A stretch of DNA of 64,000 bases, from positions 492,822 through 556,821 of the forward strand of contig NW_005434640.1 in assembly GCF_000315625.1 (NCBI RefSeq), read 5' to 3'. This document shows positions 1-11,358 of this stretch, one piece after another. The notes below the pieces were generated by a model that worked only from the letters and a program-made list of their open reading frames with translations, did no database searches and was not told the DNA's origin. The DNA comes from Guillardia theta CCMP2712 (taxonomy: Eukaryota > Protista > Cryptophyta). Positions within the stretch are counted from its first letter, which is position 1; every line of letters starts with the position of its first letter. Position numbers and translations under genes: made by a program.

Positions 1-1431
1 ACGTGGACCAGAGCGAGATGTTCGAGCAGGCATAGTTCCTCCTCTCCTCCTCTCTTCCTCCTCTCTCCTCCTCTCGCTGCTCCTCATCTCTTGCAGGTCT
101 ACGACTTCCTCCTGCATGGCGGGACCATTGGCATCTTTCCGGAGGGAGGGACACACGACGGGACGCAGGTAAGCGCGTGGGGTGAGGGAGGGGCCTGAGG
201 TTGCCGCAGCTTCTTCCCCTCAAGTGGGGCATCAGCACCATGGTCCTCGGGGCCATGGCCAAGCACACGGGCCCAGAGCCTCTCAAGATTTCCGTGGTGC
301 CGGTGAGGAGGAGGGAGGAGGGAGGAGGGGAAATGACATTCTGGCAGGTCGGGCTCAACTACTTCTCTCCGCATCAATTTCGCAGCACAGTGTCCGTTGA
401 CTTCGGGGACCCGATCGATGTGGATCAGGCGACCGTCGACCGATGGAGGAGCGGGAGCAAGGAGGTGAAGGTCGCAGCGGCAGCTGCAGCGGCTGACACT
501 TGTGAATCCACAGGCGAAGCAGGAGGCCAACGCCGCCGTGATGGACCTCGTCATGGCGGGGATGAGCGCAGTGACCCTGCAGGTGAGAGGAGGGCGAACG
601 CTTGGGGGGGAGGAGGGGGAGAGGAAGGCGGGGCAGCTGTGATGGTGGAGCAGGCGAAGGATGTGGAGACTCTGGAGCTCTACCGGACGATCCGTCGGCT
701 TTTCGTTCCTCTTGGCTCCCGTCTGTCGGTCAAGGACAACGTCGCCCTCACTCAGAGCGTCGCCGCCAGCCTCAACTTCGAGACGCGCAAGGAACCTCGC
801 GTCCAACACTTCCTGTCTCGGTGCCGGCAGTACAGGTGAGGCCCGTTTCCTCCTTCTTCTCTTGGCCTCTCCCTGACTCCATGGCAGCGACATGCTCACT
901 CAGTACAAGGTGCATGACTATCAGGTGCAGCGCTTCCGGGAGCGAGCCCTCTCGGACTCCCAGCGCTTGTCCGTCATTATGAAGACTCTGCATCGCCTCT
1001 CCATGGCGCTGCTGCTCGTCGCGCTCCTCCTCCCCTGGTGGTTGTGCGTCGCCCCTGTCTCGCTCTGCATCGCCGTCGTCTCGGACTGGCAGGCGAGGAA
1101 GGCCAACAAGATGAGCGTCAAGGGAACCTGGAAGATCCTCGCCGGCACCGCCGTCATCCCCCTCACTCACTTTCTCTGCACCTGCGCCTTCTGGTTCACC
1201 TTCGGCGAGTTCGTGGGCCTCGTGTGGTTCTTCACAGCGCCGGTGGGGGGCATGCTGGCCATCTACGCGACAGAGGAGAGCTTCCAGCTGCTCAAGTCCC
1301 TCAACTCTCTTCTCTTCGTGCTCGCCAACAAGAACGCCGGCGAGCAGCTCTACAACCTCCGTGAAAGCCTCCGCAAGGAAGCCCTCGAGCTCATGCCCAG
1401 CTGCATCGGAGCTCCGGAGGGAAGGGAGTGA
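1..1431 (+). CDS. Glycerol-3-phosphate O-acyltransferase, Gpt2/Sct1-like (5' partial, multi-exon)
   Basis: Spliced translation VDQSEMFEQ|VYDFLLHGGTIGIFPEGGTHDGTQ|LLPLKWG...VVP|VGLNYFSPHQFRSTVSVDFGDPI carries the FPEG acyltransferase motif and the PVGLNYF..HxFRS block of fungal-type GPATs. C-terminal TM helices; introns at about 30-96 (GC-AG), 169-210, 304-347, 471-513, 583-653, 836-888. Confidence 0.85.
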
Positions 1432-1588
1432 CGGGGAGGAGTGGAGGAGGGTCAGAGTAAAGGGACTACGAGGTAGTGAAGTCCAACTGTTGGAATGAAT
1501 GAACGTGCAGGAACGCGTGACAACGTGGATGATGTGCGAGTTAGAGCAACGGGAGCTAGACTGCTAACAAGAGTTTTCATTCATGTGC

Positions 1589-2309
1589 TTATGCTTCTCC
1601 TGGAGCTGATCTGATGATGTCTGAATCGCCAGGGTCTGTGATGGACAAGGAGGCTACGCGGAAGTACTTACCGCACGCTGTTCCGAGGTCCACGTTGTCT
1701 GCAACTAATGTCAATCTTGCGACGACTGAGGGAGCTTGCAACAACCACACAACGAAATGCACGGCGAAAGATACATAGAAGAGAAGAGACGGGATGAGAT
1801 GAGAAGAGGCGGGATGAGATGAAAGAGACGGGATGAGATGAGATGAGACGGGATGAGATGAGATGAGATGTGGATATCTGGTTGGTAGCCAACACACGAA
1901 GCCTCTGAACTCCCGAAAGAGAAGAAACTTCGCTTCAGCTTCTCGTGACGTAGAAGCGATATTTTGAAAGTGAAGCACGACAGAAAGCAGAGGCAGCCAT
2001 GCGATACACAAGAGACGCGATCCCGAGAAAGGACACCACAGAACGATACATGACATCACAATCAGGAATGCAAACAAAATACTCACTTCCAGAATAATGG
2101 TGGACGTTGGTCTTGGCAAGCATAGCGTAGTACTCGATCTCAGACTTTCGGAGAGGGGGGCAGTTGTTGCAGATGATGACAAGCTTGCTCTTGCCCGACC
2201 GGAGGGTCTTGAGGGTGGACTTGTATCCTAGCGTGTACTTGCCCGACTTCATCACAAGCGCCAGGCGCGAGTTGATGCTCTCCTGCGCTGTCTTCCCCTT
2301 CTTCGGCAT
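1589..2309 (-). CDS. RPL30: 60S ribosomal protein L30 (eL30), two exons
   Basis: Exon 2309-2087 [74 protein letters not shown] joined via GT-AG intron 2086-1699 to [36 protein letters not shown]. Confidence 0.98.
1787..1870. repeat. GAGAT / GACGGGATGAGAT degenerate tandem repeat inside the RPL30 intron
   Basis: Directly visible repeated gagacgggatgagat and gagat units. Confidence 0.85.
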
Positions 2310-2580
2310 GGCGTTCTCCTCCTCGTGTGCCCGTTCTTTTTTTTTAACCCCCACCCCCCTCTCTCCTCCTCCATAGGGGTGGCTTCATATACTACCCTAC
2401 TACCCTTCAAATCACATAGAAAGAGTGGGGTGCATTGAGATTTCCATCACCACTATTTTTACCAGGACCCCCCTTCGAACCCGTTCTGGAGGGGTAGTGG
2501 AACATTTGGATATTACAGGGGGTGGGGTAGGGCCCACGTGCTCGACCATGCTGGTCCAGGTGAGATAAATGAGGACACTG

Positions 2581-2757
2581 GAAGGGAAGGGAGAGGAAGG
2601 GAAGGGAGAGGAAGGGAGAGGAAGGGAAGGGAGAGGAAGGGAAGGTAGAGGAAGGGAAGGGAGAGGAAGGGAAGGTAGAGGAAGGGAAGGGAGAGGAAGG
2701 GAGAGGAAGGGAAGGGAGAGGAAGGGAAGGTAGAGGAAGGGAAGGGAGAGGAAGGGA
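2581..2757. repeat. Polypurine tandem repeat (GAAGG GAAGG GAGAG, ~15-nt period)
   Basis: Directly visible. Confidence 0.9.
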
Positions 2758-3251
2758 TGAGAAGAGGGGAGGGTTGTGGTCAGGTTGTCAGTATTAGGAT
2801 GCGTTTCGATTACCAAGTGGGAAGAAAACGTTGGGACAAAACTACAAGGATCTCGTCCTACTGGAACTGAAGTTTTCTTCTGTAGGTCGAATACGGACAT
2901 GTCAATCATGTGAAATATCCTACTGCTTGTCAAGTTCGTTGAGCAGTGATTCAACAACCCGTGAAGCTTTGTGATGTAAAGCTTTTGCACCAGTACATGG
3001 TCCTCATCGCTATCTCGAGAGCGGTTGGATGATAGAGGTGAGATTTTTTATTTTACTGTTCGTCTTGCATGTTTCTTGTCTCTTGCCCTCGCGACGAAGA
3101 AAGTTTGCGTGTTAGGAGAAGTGAAATATTTCAGCATCGTCTGTTGTTGATATGTTTTCACGTGGCCTTGTGCTACCTATGAATGATGCGCAGGGGTACT
3201 GAGCGAACTGTGATGAAACAGATTGAAGTCGTGACGTGATGGAGTGCTTGT

Positions 3252-3331
3252 GACATGTAAATGGTGCAGATAGGACGAAGGAGGCGCATCGACATGTAAA
3301 TGGTGCAGATAGGACGGAGGAGGGGCATCGA
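3252..3331. repeat. 39-bp direct tandem duplication
   Basis: gacatgtaaatggtgcagataggacg(a/g)aggagg(c/g)gcatc starts at 3252 and again at 3291, with 2 mismatches. Confidence 0.9.
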
Positions 3332-3764
3332 TAGCTCTGAGCAGGTGAAGTCTCATCTCTCTCTACGAGTGTCTCTTGTTGTGTGGCTGTGAGGAGAGAT
3401 GCTGCACATTGGTCGAACGAGACAGCTTAGCCCGAGAGCCGGCATGTCCGGAGAACCCACTCGGGGCAGGTGTCTCCTCGTGAGAAGACTGTGTGGCTGT
3501 CTGAGCCTTGATCTTGTGGAGAAGCTCTCGCGACGTGCCAAGCGTGACAAGGTGTTGAAGCGTTTGCTCGCAGGCCGTCACTCGTCCAGGCCCCCACAAA
3601 CCGATGAGCCTCCGAGGGGCTCCGCGAACAAGACCGGCCAACAGCAACAAGAGCATGGAGTTGTCATATGTAGTTCATTAATGAAACACTGAGGCTCTTG
3701 ACTGTTATAATCATACCTTAGTACCGATTGATTTCTCAAAGTATAATTCCATGTATGCCCTTCA

Positions 3765-4013
3765 TCAGCCGTCGGTTCCTTTCTGCGGCCACATGTATAG
3801 ACCGTGAGCAAACACTGTATGGCAAGTCAGCCTGTACAACAAGTCGTCGAAATGCTTACAAACTCCTACGCACGAGAAGAACACGCGATTCCTCCATACT
3901 GGATTGTTCTTCAGAAGGATTCGTGACATTGGAATGGTCGGTGCCCATAAGAGAGGAGTCAGCATGTTCCAGTTGACTTCGCGTTGACGTCTAGGGGGTT
4001 CGTGAGCTTCCAT
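3765..4013 (-). CDS. Small (~67 aa) putative membrane microprotein with one 45-nt intron
   Basis: Removing the in-frame GTAAGC...TACAG intron (3859-3815) gives MEAHEPPRRQREVNWNMLTPLLWAPTIPMSRILLKNNPVWRNRVFFSCVGVLFAHGLYMWPQKGTDG*. The true start may lie further upstream. Confidence 0.6.
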   Translation of the reverse strand: MEAHEPPRRQREVNWNMLTPLLWAPTIPMSRILLKNNPVWRNRVFFSCVGVCKHFDDLLYRLTCHTVFAHGLYMWPQKGTDG

Positions 4014-5473
4014 CACGCTGCAATCAAACGTCAGGTGACGACCGGTTCGACATGAAGTCTCTCCAAGGGGGCATAAACACCTCGTCTCCTCTTAATGTGC
4101 AGAGAAAACCAACGAAAACCAAGCACGAGAGAAGCAGCAGCCTGAAACTAGAACAATTGCCCGAAAGAAGTGGGTCGAAAGGCTTACACAAAAGATTACC
4201 ACAAGTCAATTATCAGAAGACATGAAAGTTCAACACTAAGCCGAGCAGCGAGGAGCATTAGCAGCAGTGTGAGACGAGCCTAACATCAGAGGAACATGAG
4301 GAGCTGGATCTGGTGGAGCTGTTGAGGTGCCAGTACAGCAGCACATGGGGACAGCAGCAGCAGCAGCAGCAGTTAGGGCAGGTGGAGAGGAGGGGAGAAG
4401 TATGGGATAGAGGTAGGAGGGAGGCGGGAGGCGGGAGGCGGGAGGAGAAGGAGGAGAGGAAGAGAGGTAGGGGATGGAGGAGGGAGGCGGGAGGAGGGAG
4501 GCGGAGGAGGAGAGGAAGAGAGGTAGGGGATGGAGGAGGGGGAGGGGATGAAGAGGAGGTGAAGGAAGTTCTACACTCTTCCGATCATCGCCCAGCGCAT
4601 GCATTACATGTTCAAGAGTTACCCACCCCATCTGAATGACCCCTACCCTGTTAATCTTGTTTCCTGTACCCCCTACCCAGTAAAATATGACCACCACAGG
4701 ACCCAGCTCTTTTTTACTACAGCTAAACACTATCTTTTTTAACCACCCTACCCTGATCAATTCCCCAGTCTTTCCATGACACCCACCCACTCGATCATTG
4801 TTCTCAACCCCCACCCATTATTTTCCATGTCTCACCCACCCCACCCCCATCTTGGAACTCCACAAGAGATGAAACCTCTAGCTTGCAGTGCCCATGTACC
4901 CCTACCACCTCAATTTCAGTAAAAAGAAGGGGTACACCTGTGTCAGCAGGTAAGCAATGTCATAGAACGTCAGGTCCCCATGTATGAGGGCGATGAAAGA
5001 GTTGACTGAACTGAAATGCTGTTGAGGCGGACTCGAGGTTTGACGTCAGCCTGATTTTTAATGATTTTTTATTAGACCGACGGTTACCTTTTAATTAACC
5101 GTCACACGGTTGCCAAAGTTGTACGCCTGATACTAACTTAACTTGAGTACGCCGCCACCTGGCACTGCTGCCAGTCACAAGTTCCGAAGTTCCCGTGGCG
5201 GCCGCTCAGTGGCAACCCGCCGACGGTGATCGGACCCGCTGCGTCCCGGAGTCCGATCACGCCGCCGCAACGCCGGGTTAAGTTACCCGTGACCGTCTGT
5301 CACTGCCGGGGCCCGTGCCATTGCAGCACTGAGCCATGGCACACCGTGTGACCCGCGGCACAGCGGCAAGGCTCGATGGAAAGCGACCCGCGCGCCGGGC
5401 GCCGCCTCTCGAGCCTCCGGGAACTTCCGGGAAGTACCGTGACGGTGTTGATCATGCCAAGTTCAATCAATTG

Positions 5474-6380
5474 TTACGCGACATCCCCAAACATGAGCTC
5501 TGCTGCAGGCTTACCGTCAGCGTAAGTCGTGATGTTCATCTTGACCCCCGTGAAGTTGAATGTGTATCCCAGTTTCACGTCCTGTGGCCACTTGGCAGTC
5601 ACTCTTGTCTTCATCTCATCGTCGCTGTAGTAGTCCTGGTAGGGTCTGTGCCCCGAGTCGTTGTGCATCACAAACCCCAGCTTACGGTAGACGGCCAGGA
5701 GTTTCCCCGTGGGGTCGATCCGCATTAAGATCGCCTGGAAGTCTCGCTGGAAGTGCTCAACTCGGCCGAGGAAGTTGAGCCCTGGCCGACCCTTGGAGTC
5801 GTAGATGAGAGGGTATTGCTCATACTCCGTGTGGTACCCGCACCCTCCGCGCCCCTTGTTGAAGAGGAACTGTCTGAAGCTGCAGTACTTTGCCGCAAGC
5901 TCTTTTCTTTTCTTCAAGTCCTTGACAGCCAGCTGCCTCCTTTTCAGCCCGTAGCTCCAGAAAGACACTGCGCGATCCCACCTAGGTAGAACAACTCACA
6001 GGTGAGATGCATAGGCCAACGGCGAGCAAGCTCACGGGTTTCTTGTGAAGGCAAAAGAGAAATAAGATGGATTCTTCACACACTTCTCGGATATCTTGAA
6101 ATGTTTCATCCTTGAGGTTCAGCAGTCACAAGAACGCGTACTGCGGCATCCCTAAAACCTCACCTTTGCTCTTTGGTGTCGCATGTCGCATTTTCAGTTG
6201 CTGCACAAAATATATCTGCCAGGTTCTCCGCGACTGAGCTTCCAGCGTTCTTAGGAATATGCAGAAGCATGGCCTTCCAACGATCGTTCATGTAGCACAA
6301 AAAGTACATCTGCGGCTGGCTGGTCTTGGAACCATCGGGACCAGGATGGGTCAAGTTGCCGAAGTCCAAGGCACGCATTG
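5474..6380 (-). CDS. Sulfotransferase (Sulfotransfer_2 / HNK-1ST-like family); 5' end uncertain
   Basis: 5'-PSB motif LLHIPKNAGSSV; 3'-PB motif FSFAFTRNP|WDRAVSFWSY across an intron; LNFLGRVEHFQRDF and C-terminal YQDYYSD...DVKLGYTF. Confidence 0.85.
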
Positions 6381-7161
6381 AGTGTGATTCCGCATCGTCA
6401 CTTGCACTCTCTTCCAGTTCCTTTCGCTGACCTTGTTCACCTGCTTCTTGTTTCAGCCTCTTCTTGCAACAGCAGAGAGCTGCCAACCTCTCGGCGCTGA
6501 TGGCGACAACTTGCCGGGTGAATAGTTGGGAATCGAAGCTGCGAGGGAAGTCAGAGCGAGGATGTCTGCATGCGCTCCAATGCTCTGACCTGGATCGATC
6601 AGTTTCTGCTCTTGTAGTAGAGGCTAAGATGCAAGGGTCAAGAGTGAGCAATAAGAACCTCAAACCTCAACTTACAACTCGGTGGAGCTGATGGTTGTTG
6701 GCCTTGTCTGAAACAGGAATAGTAATGGTTACAAGCACCTTTCGTGCAAAGAGATTAGCTTGTAGACGGCATGATGAAGATGTACCATGACAGATGCCAA
6801 CCAGGTCATGACATGTTTCTTCAACATTTTCCGTGGTACTCCTAATCTCTGCTCTCCCCCAACGACATTGAAACCCTTACAACTCTGCTGTAAGTCCTCA
6901 AGTAATGCGCAGAGCCTCCTTGCTCATGATATCGACATCCTGTGGCGCCATCGACGTATCCGATGCGTTTGCTCGTCTCTTCCCTTGCTGTTCCCTCGCT
7001 CCTACGGATGACCCCTTGAGGAGAGGAGGAGGGTTCCTGCTAAGGGGGGTGCTGTCCCACTGTCTCTGAGTTGGAAGGTGGAGGGTGTGTGGGGGGATGC
7101 GGGGGGATTCAATCAATATGGTCTACCATCTGCGTGGATCACATCAGCGACCCTTCGAGCG

Positions 7162-8871
7162 ATGAAAATGCTGAGGGCGGTGGCGGCGGTGATGTGGGTG
7201 GGGCTGATGGCGGTGGAAGGAAAGCAGGTAACAGGAGGGAAGGGAGAGTATGAAGATACCTCTCATGTCGCCTCCAGATCCTCTACCAGCCCTCCAAGTC
7301 TTCCACCTTCGTCGCCAGGGAAGAGCTTCCTTTCACCATCCAGTACGCAGGTAGACGAGCAGCGTGGTTCTGCGAACCCTCTCCTGCTTCCAGGCAGCAT
7401 GACAGCATGATTCACAGACGCCAACGCCATTGAAGCCATCACCTGCTTCGACTACGTGCAGGCAAGTTCTGTCAGTGCCCCTCCATGTCCAGCTGATCTT
7501 GATGCAGCTGGGCCATTACAAGGCGCGGGTGCCCTTCGGCTGCTTTCTGCGAGCATCGACACCCCTGCTCAAGAACGTGGACGGAGTCGCAGGGTTTGGT
7601 ATCCCCAAAGTCGGTGCCAATGGCGAAAAGCTGCCGATGCCTCTGCTGTGGGCGCTGACGGACCCGAGGAACGTGGAGAGCAACGCTCGCGGGTTGAAGA
7701 GGAGGTACACCTTCTTCGCGTCCAAGGACCATGGAGAAGTTCAACTGGGGGGATATGACCCGCAGTCAGTGGAGGGAGGAGAGATGAAGTACTTCAAGTC
7801 GCTCTCCTCCGGTGAATTCGTTCTTGGAGTCTCGTCGATCCGTTTGGGAACTTCACCGGAGAACGCAGTTGAAGTTTTGCGATTTCGAGATGAAGATGAC
7901 AAGGCAATGGATGAAGCTGGTGGCGAAGATGTCGTTCAGGCAGAGGACAACAAGCGCAACGTCATCCCAGCTGTGCTCGATACAGGTCAGGGAGAGCGTC
8001 GAGCTGTCACTGAGCTTCTTGTGGGCTGACTGGAAGTGCAGGAACCTCGTGCCTGGTGCTGCCGTCCAACGACCACGGGGGGCTGCTGAAAGAGTCGCCA
8101 TTCGAGATCTTTGTGAAGCACTTCCGCCATCCTCCCTCTCTCTTCAGTGCAGCTCACGCGAAGATGATCAACGAAGGGCTCAAGTCATCCGGCAGCAACG
8201 TCTACATGACTGTCAACGGCGAGGAGATGGTTCTCCCCTACGAAAGCCTGCTGATCACAGGGACGGACAAGCCTTGCGTTCGAGGGTCGCCGCCTCTGCA
8301 ACAGGGCAGCATCATTCTGGGGGATGTGTTCTTCAGGAACTATGCCGTCTTGTTCGACATGGAACATTCATCGAGGGTGGAGCCAGCCACCATCGGCGTC
8401 GCAAAGATCAACGCGAACTACAAGATCATCCCCGAGTCGACTCCCATCATCCCCGTTAACGAGCTCGGCGAGCCTCTTGTGCGCATGCACGTGCATCGGG
8501 GAGTAGACAAACTGCCGATCGAGGACAACTCGCAGGGCACTCAGTACTTCGTGCAGCTCACGATCGGTACTCCCCCGCAGCTCTTCAAGTTGGCCTTCGA
8601 CACGGGCTCTTCTACTCTCGGTGTTTTCGTGGCACCGCCGACCATGAACGACGTCATGTCCGAGGAGCTTGGCAGGCCCATCCCGGTGGTTCCCCAAGAG
8701 CTCATGAAGCAGGAGGCTCTCCTCCAGACCAAGGCAAGAGCCTTTCGTGCCCCCCCCGCGACGTCGCTAGTCCCCTGGCTTGTGCTGAGCCTCTTTGGCA
8801 TTGTCGTCGTCGTGCTGCTGGTGCGAGAGAGGAGGCGAAGGATTGTAGACCCCCCCTATGATGTTCTATGA
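7162..8871 (+). CDS. Pepsin-family (A1) aspartic protease, apparently circularly permuted, with signal peptide and C-terminal TM helix
   Basis: Exons 7162-7227, 7278-7350, 7418-7461, 7508-7985, 8042-8871. Motifs in order: signal peptide, LYQPSKSSTF, IQYAD flap, DGVAGFG, GEVQLGGYD, VLDTGTS, IILGDVFFRNYAVLFD..IGVA, then QYFVQLTIGTPPQLFKLAFDTGSS, TM helix, YDVL*. Confidence 0.9.
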
Positions 8872-9451
8872 TAAAACCTGAGCTGGAATGTCAGCTCGTC
8901 GGTCTCTTCCGACAGAAGGCCTGGCGAGGTCAAACGCAGGCAGTAAGTTGTCAGTCAGGCGATGTTGGTGCAGGAGTGAGGGGAGGAGGATGAAACTCTC
9001 CGACTCGTTTGATCTCATCGCATGTGCCGGGCATGACAGGCGCAATAACGTCAGTCAGCCACATCGAGCCTGAGGGGTCAGGCGAGGGAGCGAGGAGAAC
9101 CGAGACGAGCTCTCTGCCCCCTGTAACACACACAAAGCTCGAGCGACAACAGATTGACAGTGAAGGATGGAAGGAGATCATGTTCCAGGTGCCTTTGCGA
9201 TAATATTCAGATAGATTCAAGCACGTAGTTCATCTTGCATTTGAGCTGCTCCCATTGCATCTATTCATGTATAGTACAATGATGGTCTCGTGTAGGATCC
9301 GAGTGATGAACGAGACTCGATTCAGCTGCGCTTGGAGGTTGTGACGCGTCGCGAGTTGTGGCCAACTCTCAAGGGAGCAAGCGAGTGATCCGACGAGGTC
9401 ACATCAAGACCAGCCGTCAACAGTGACCAGCTTTACTAGCAGCGCCATCTT

Positions 9452-11358
9452 TCATATCACATCCTCCACAAGGTCTTCCTCGTCCTCGGTCAGCTCGTTG
9501 TCATTCACAGCAACAGGCGCATCTGGCTCTGCTCTCTCGACTTGTACCGTCTCGTCTGACACGAGGTCCTTGCCAGGTAAGCTTGCTTCGACATCCTTGG
9601 CGGAATCAGTCTGCTGGCTCTCTGCTTCGTGCAACAGCAAGATTTCTGCACTCGCGTCCTCCTCCTCCTTCTTTTCTTCTTTGCTTGTCGTGCATTCCTG
9701 CACTTCTGCATCCCTCACACCTGCCGGGGACTTGGCGACACTCTTCCCCACTGAGAGAGAAGCTGCTGAGGGTTGAGGAGAGCACAAGGAGAGAGGAGGC
9801 TGGACGTCCTTGCTTGGAGTCTCGAAGGTGATGTCAGACTTGTTCTCCTCGTCGCTCTCACCTGCCAACGAGCTGTGAAGAAGAATCGCGACAAACGCGT
9901 CAGAGAATCACCGACATACGCAGCACCCTCGTCCTCCTGCCACTCGTCACCATCGTTGGTTTGTTGCTCCGCTAACTCAGGTGGATCTAGGATGGTCTTA
10001 TCAGCACGGCATCCAAGCCTTCAACAAGCCTCACTGTCTGCCTCCCGCTCTTCGCTCCCTTCATCTGTCGCACCTGCCATTCCTTCACTGGTCAGCAGTT
10101 CTCATGGCAATGAGCCTCAACCTGTAGACCCCTGAGCTTGCAGAGCTTCGAGGCGCTTCTTCGCTCTCAGTCTATTTTCTTCGATTCTCTTGAGCACATC
10201 ATCCGAGATGCTTGACGCAGGCTTCTCGTCACTGTTTCTTTCAGCGCTACTCTCCTCTTCTGCATTCGAGTTTAGACCGAGCAGACGCTTCTACTCTCAC
10301 AGCGTTACCAACGTACTCAGCCGCCACATCTTCCTGCCACTCTTCCTGCTGCATGTACTGGTTGGGGTCCTCAGGCTCCTCTGCGTCAGCATCAGGTTGT
10401 CGCTTGACACTCCTCGCTTCACAGTGCTACCATCGTCATCCTCCTCCAGTGAGACCATCGCTTGCGGGGCCTCGCTCCCTGTCCCAGCATGCTTCTGCTG
10501 CTCCTGGTCTTCTACTGGTCCTGCTTCAAACGCGGTGGATTCCCCGGCTGATTCCTTGCCATCCTTGTCTTCCTTGTATTTGTCCGCCTGCCCCCATGTC
10601 ACGGGACGCCAGCAGGGGAGAGTTTCGACCTCCACTTCACGGTATGCGTCGAGCGCTCGTTGGATCATGAACGTGTTTCCAACAGATTCGACCTGATGCA
10701 GCGTCAACCGACTGGGAGCCAACGAGACAGAAGCCACCTTGAAGATTACGTCATCGAAAGACAGGGCTGGGCAGAGCTGGTATGCCCATTCCTGCCAAGG
10801 GCAGGTCTTGTCAGTAAGATGTACGAGAAGCTTGTGTCGGAGAGACCTGGTACTTTGACATCATCAACTTCAAGTCAGTCTTTTCGTGTCCCTTTCCTTT
10901 GAACTTGGTGTCACGGAAGATTCTTTCAGGTCACAGAGTTAGAAGTCACAGCCTCGTCTGCTCTGCACAAGTCACCGGTAAAGTTTCGTAAGGCCGTCTG
11001 GTGAGATCAACTTCTCTTGAAACGCCTGCAAGTAGCAACGTCATGACCTGTGCCGGGAGGAAGGAGCTCAAGTCTTTACGTTCTTGTCCAGTCTTGCTCG
11101 CTTTCTGATATTTTGAACGATTCAGAGCACAGACAAGTAAGCATTACACACAAGAGAACCTCTTCTTGGAAGTCTTTTCATCCTTGTCCTTCTCTTCCTG
11201 ATCGTCTTTCTCGCCATCTTTTGATTTCTCTTCATCATCCTGCGTCGTCAATTCTTTCAGGGATGAAATGCTTCAAACCTCGCCAACCGCCTCCATCTCA
11301 CTCCCTCCAGCTCCGACTATATCCAGCTAACTATATCCCTCCACTCTGAATCTGACAT
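9452..11358 (-). CDS. TIPIN: TIPIN/Swi3/Csm3 replication fork protection protein with long acidic C-terminal region (termini approximate)
   Basis: Spliced exons about 11030-10630 read AFQEKLISPDGLTKLYR|IFRDTKFKGKGHEKTDLKLMMSKYQ|EWAYQLCPALSFDDVIFK|VESVGNTFMIQRALDAYRE, matching the Swi3 domain (FKGKGHE..DL..L...Y..W...L.P...FDD.I.KVE.LG). Confidence 0.8.

Noticed and set aside
2412-2990. 192-aa ORF with LPLPS repeats, and other poly-L/P/E ORFs such as 4236-4814, 19322-20248 and 35999-36526
   Set aside because: Translations of stop-free polypurine/polypyrimidine repeats.
3353-3692. Short overlapping ORFs, one with a hydrophobic N-terminus (MLLLLLAGLVRG)
   Set aside because: No recognisable domain, and the coding strand cannot be determined.
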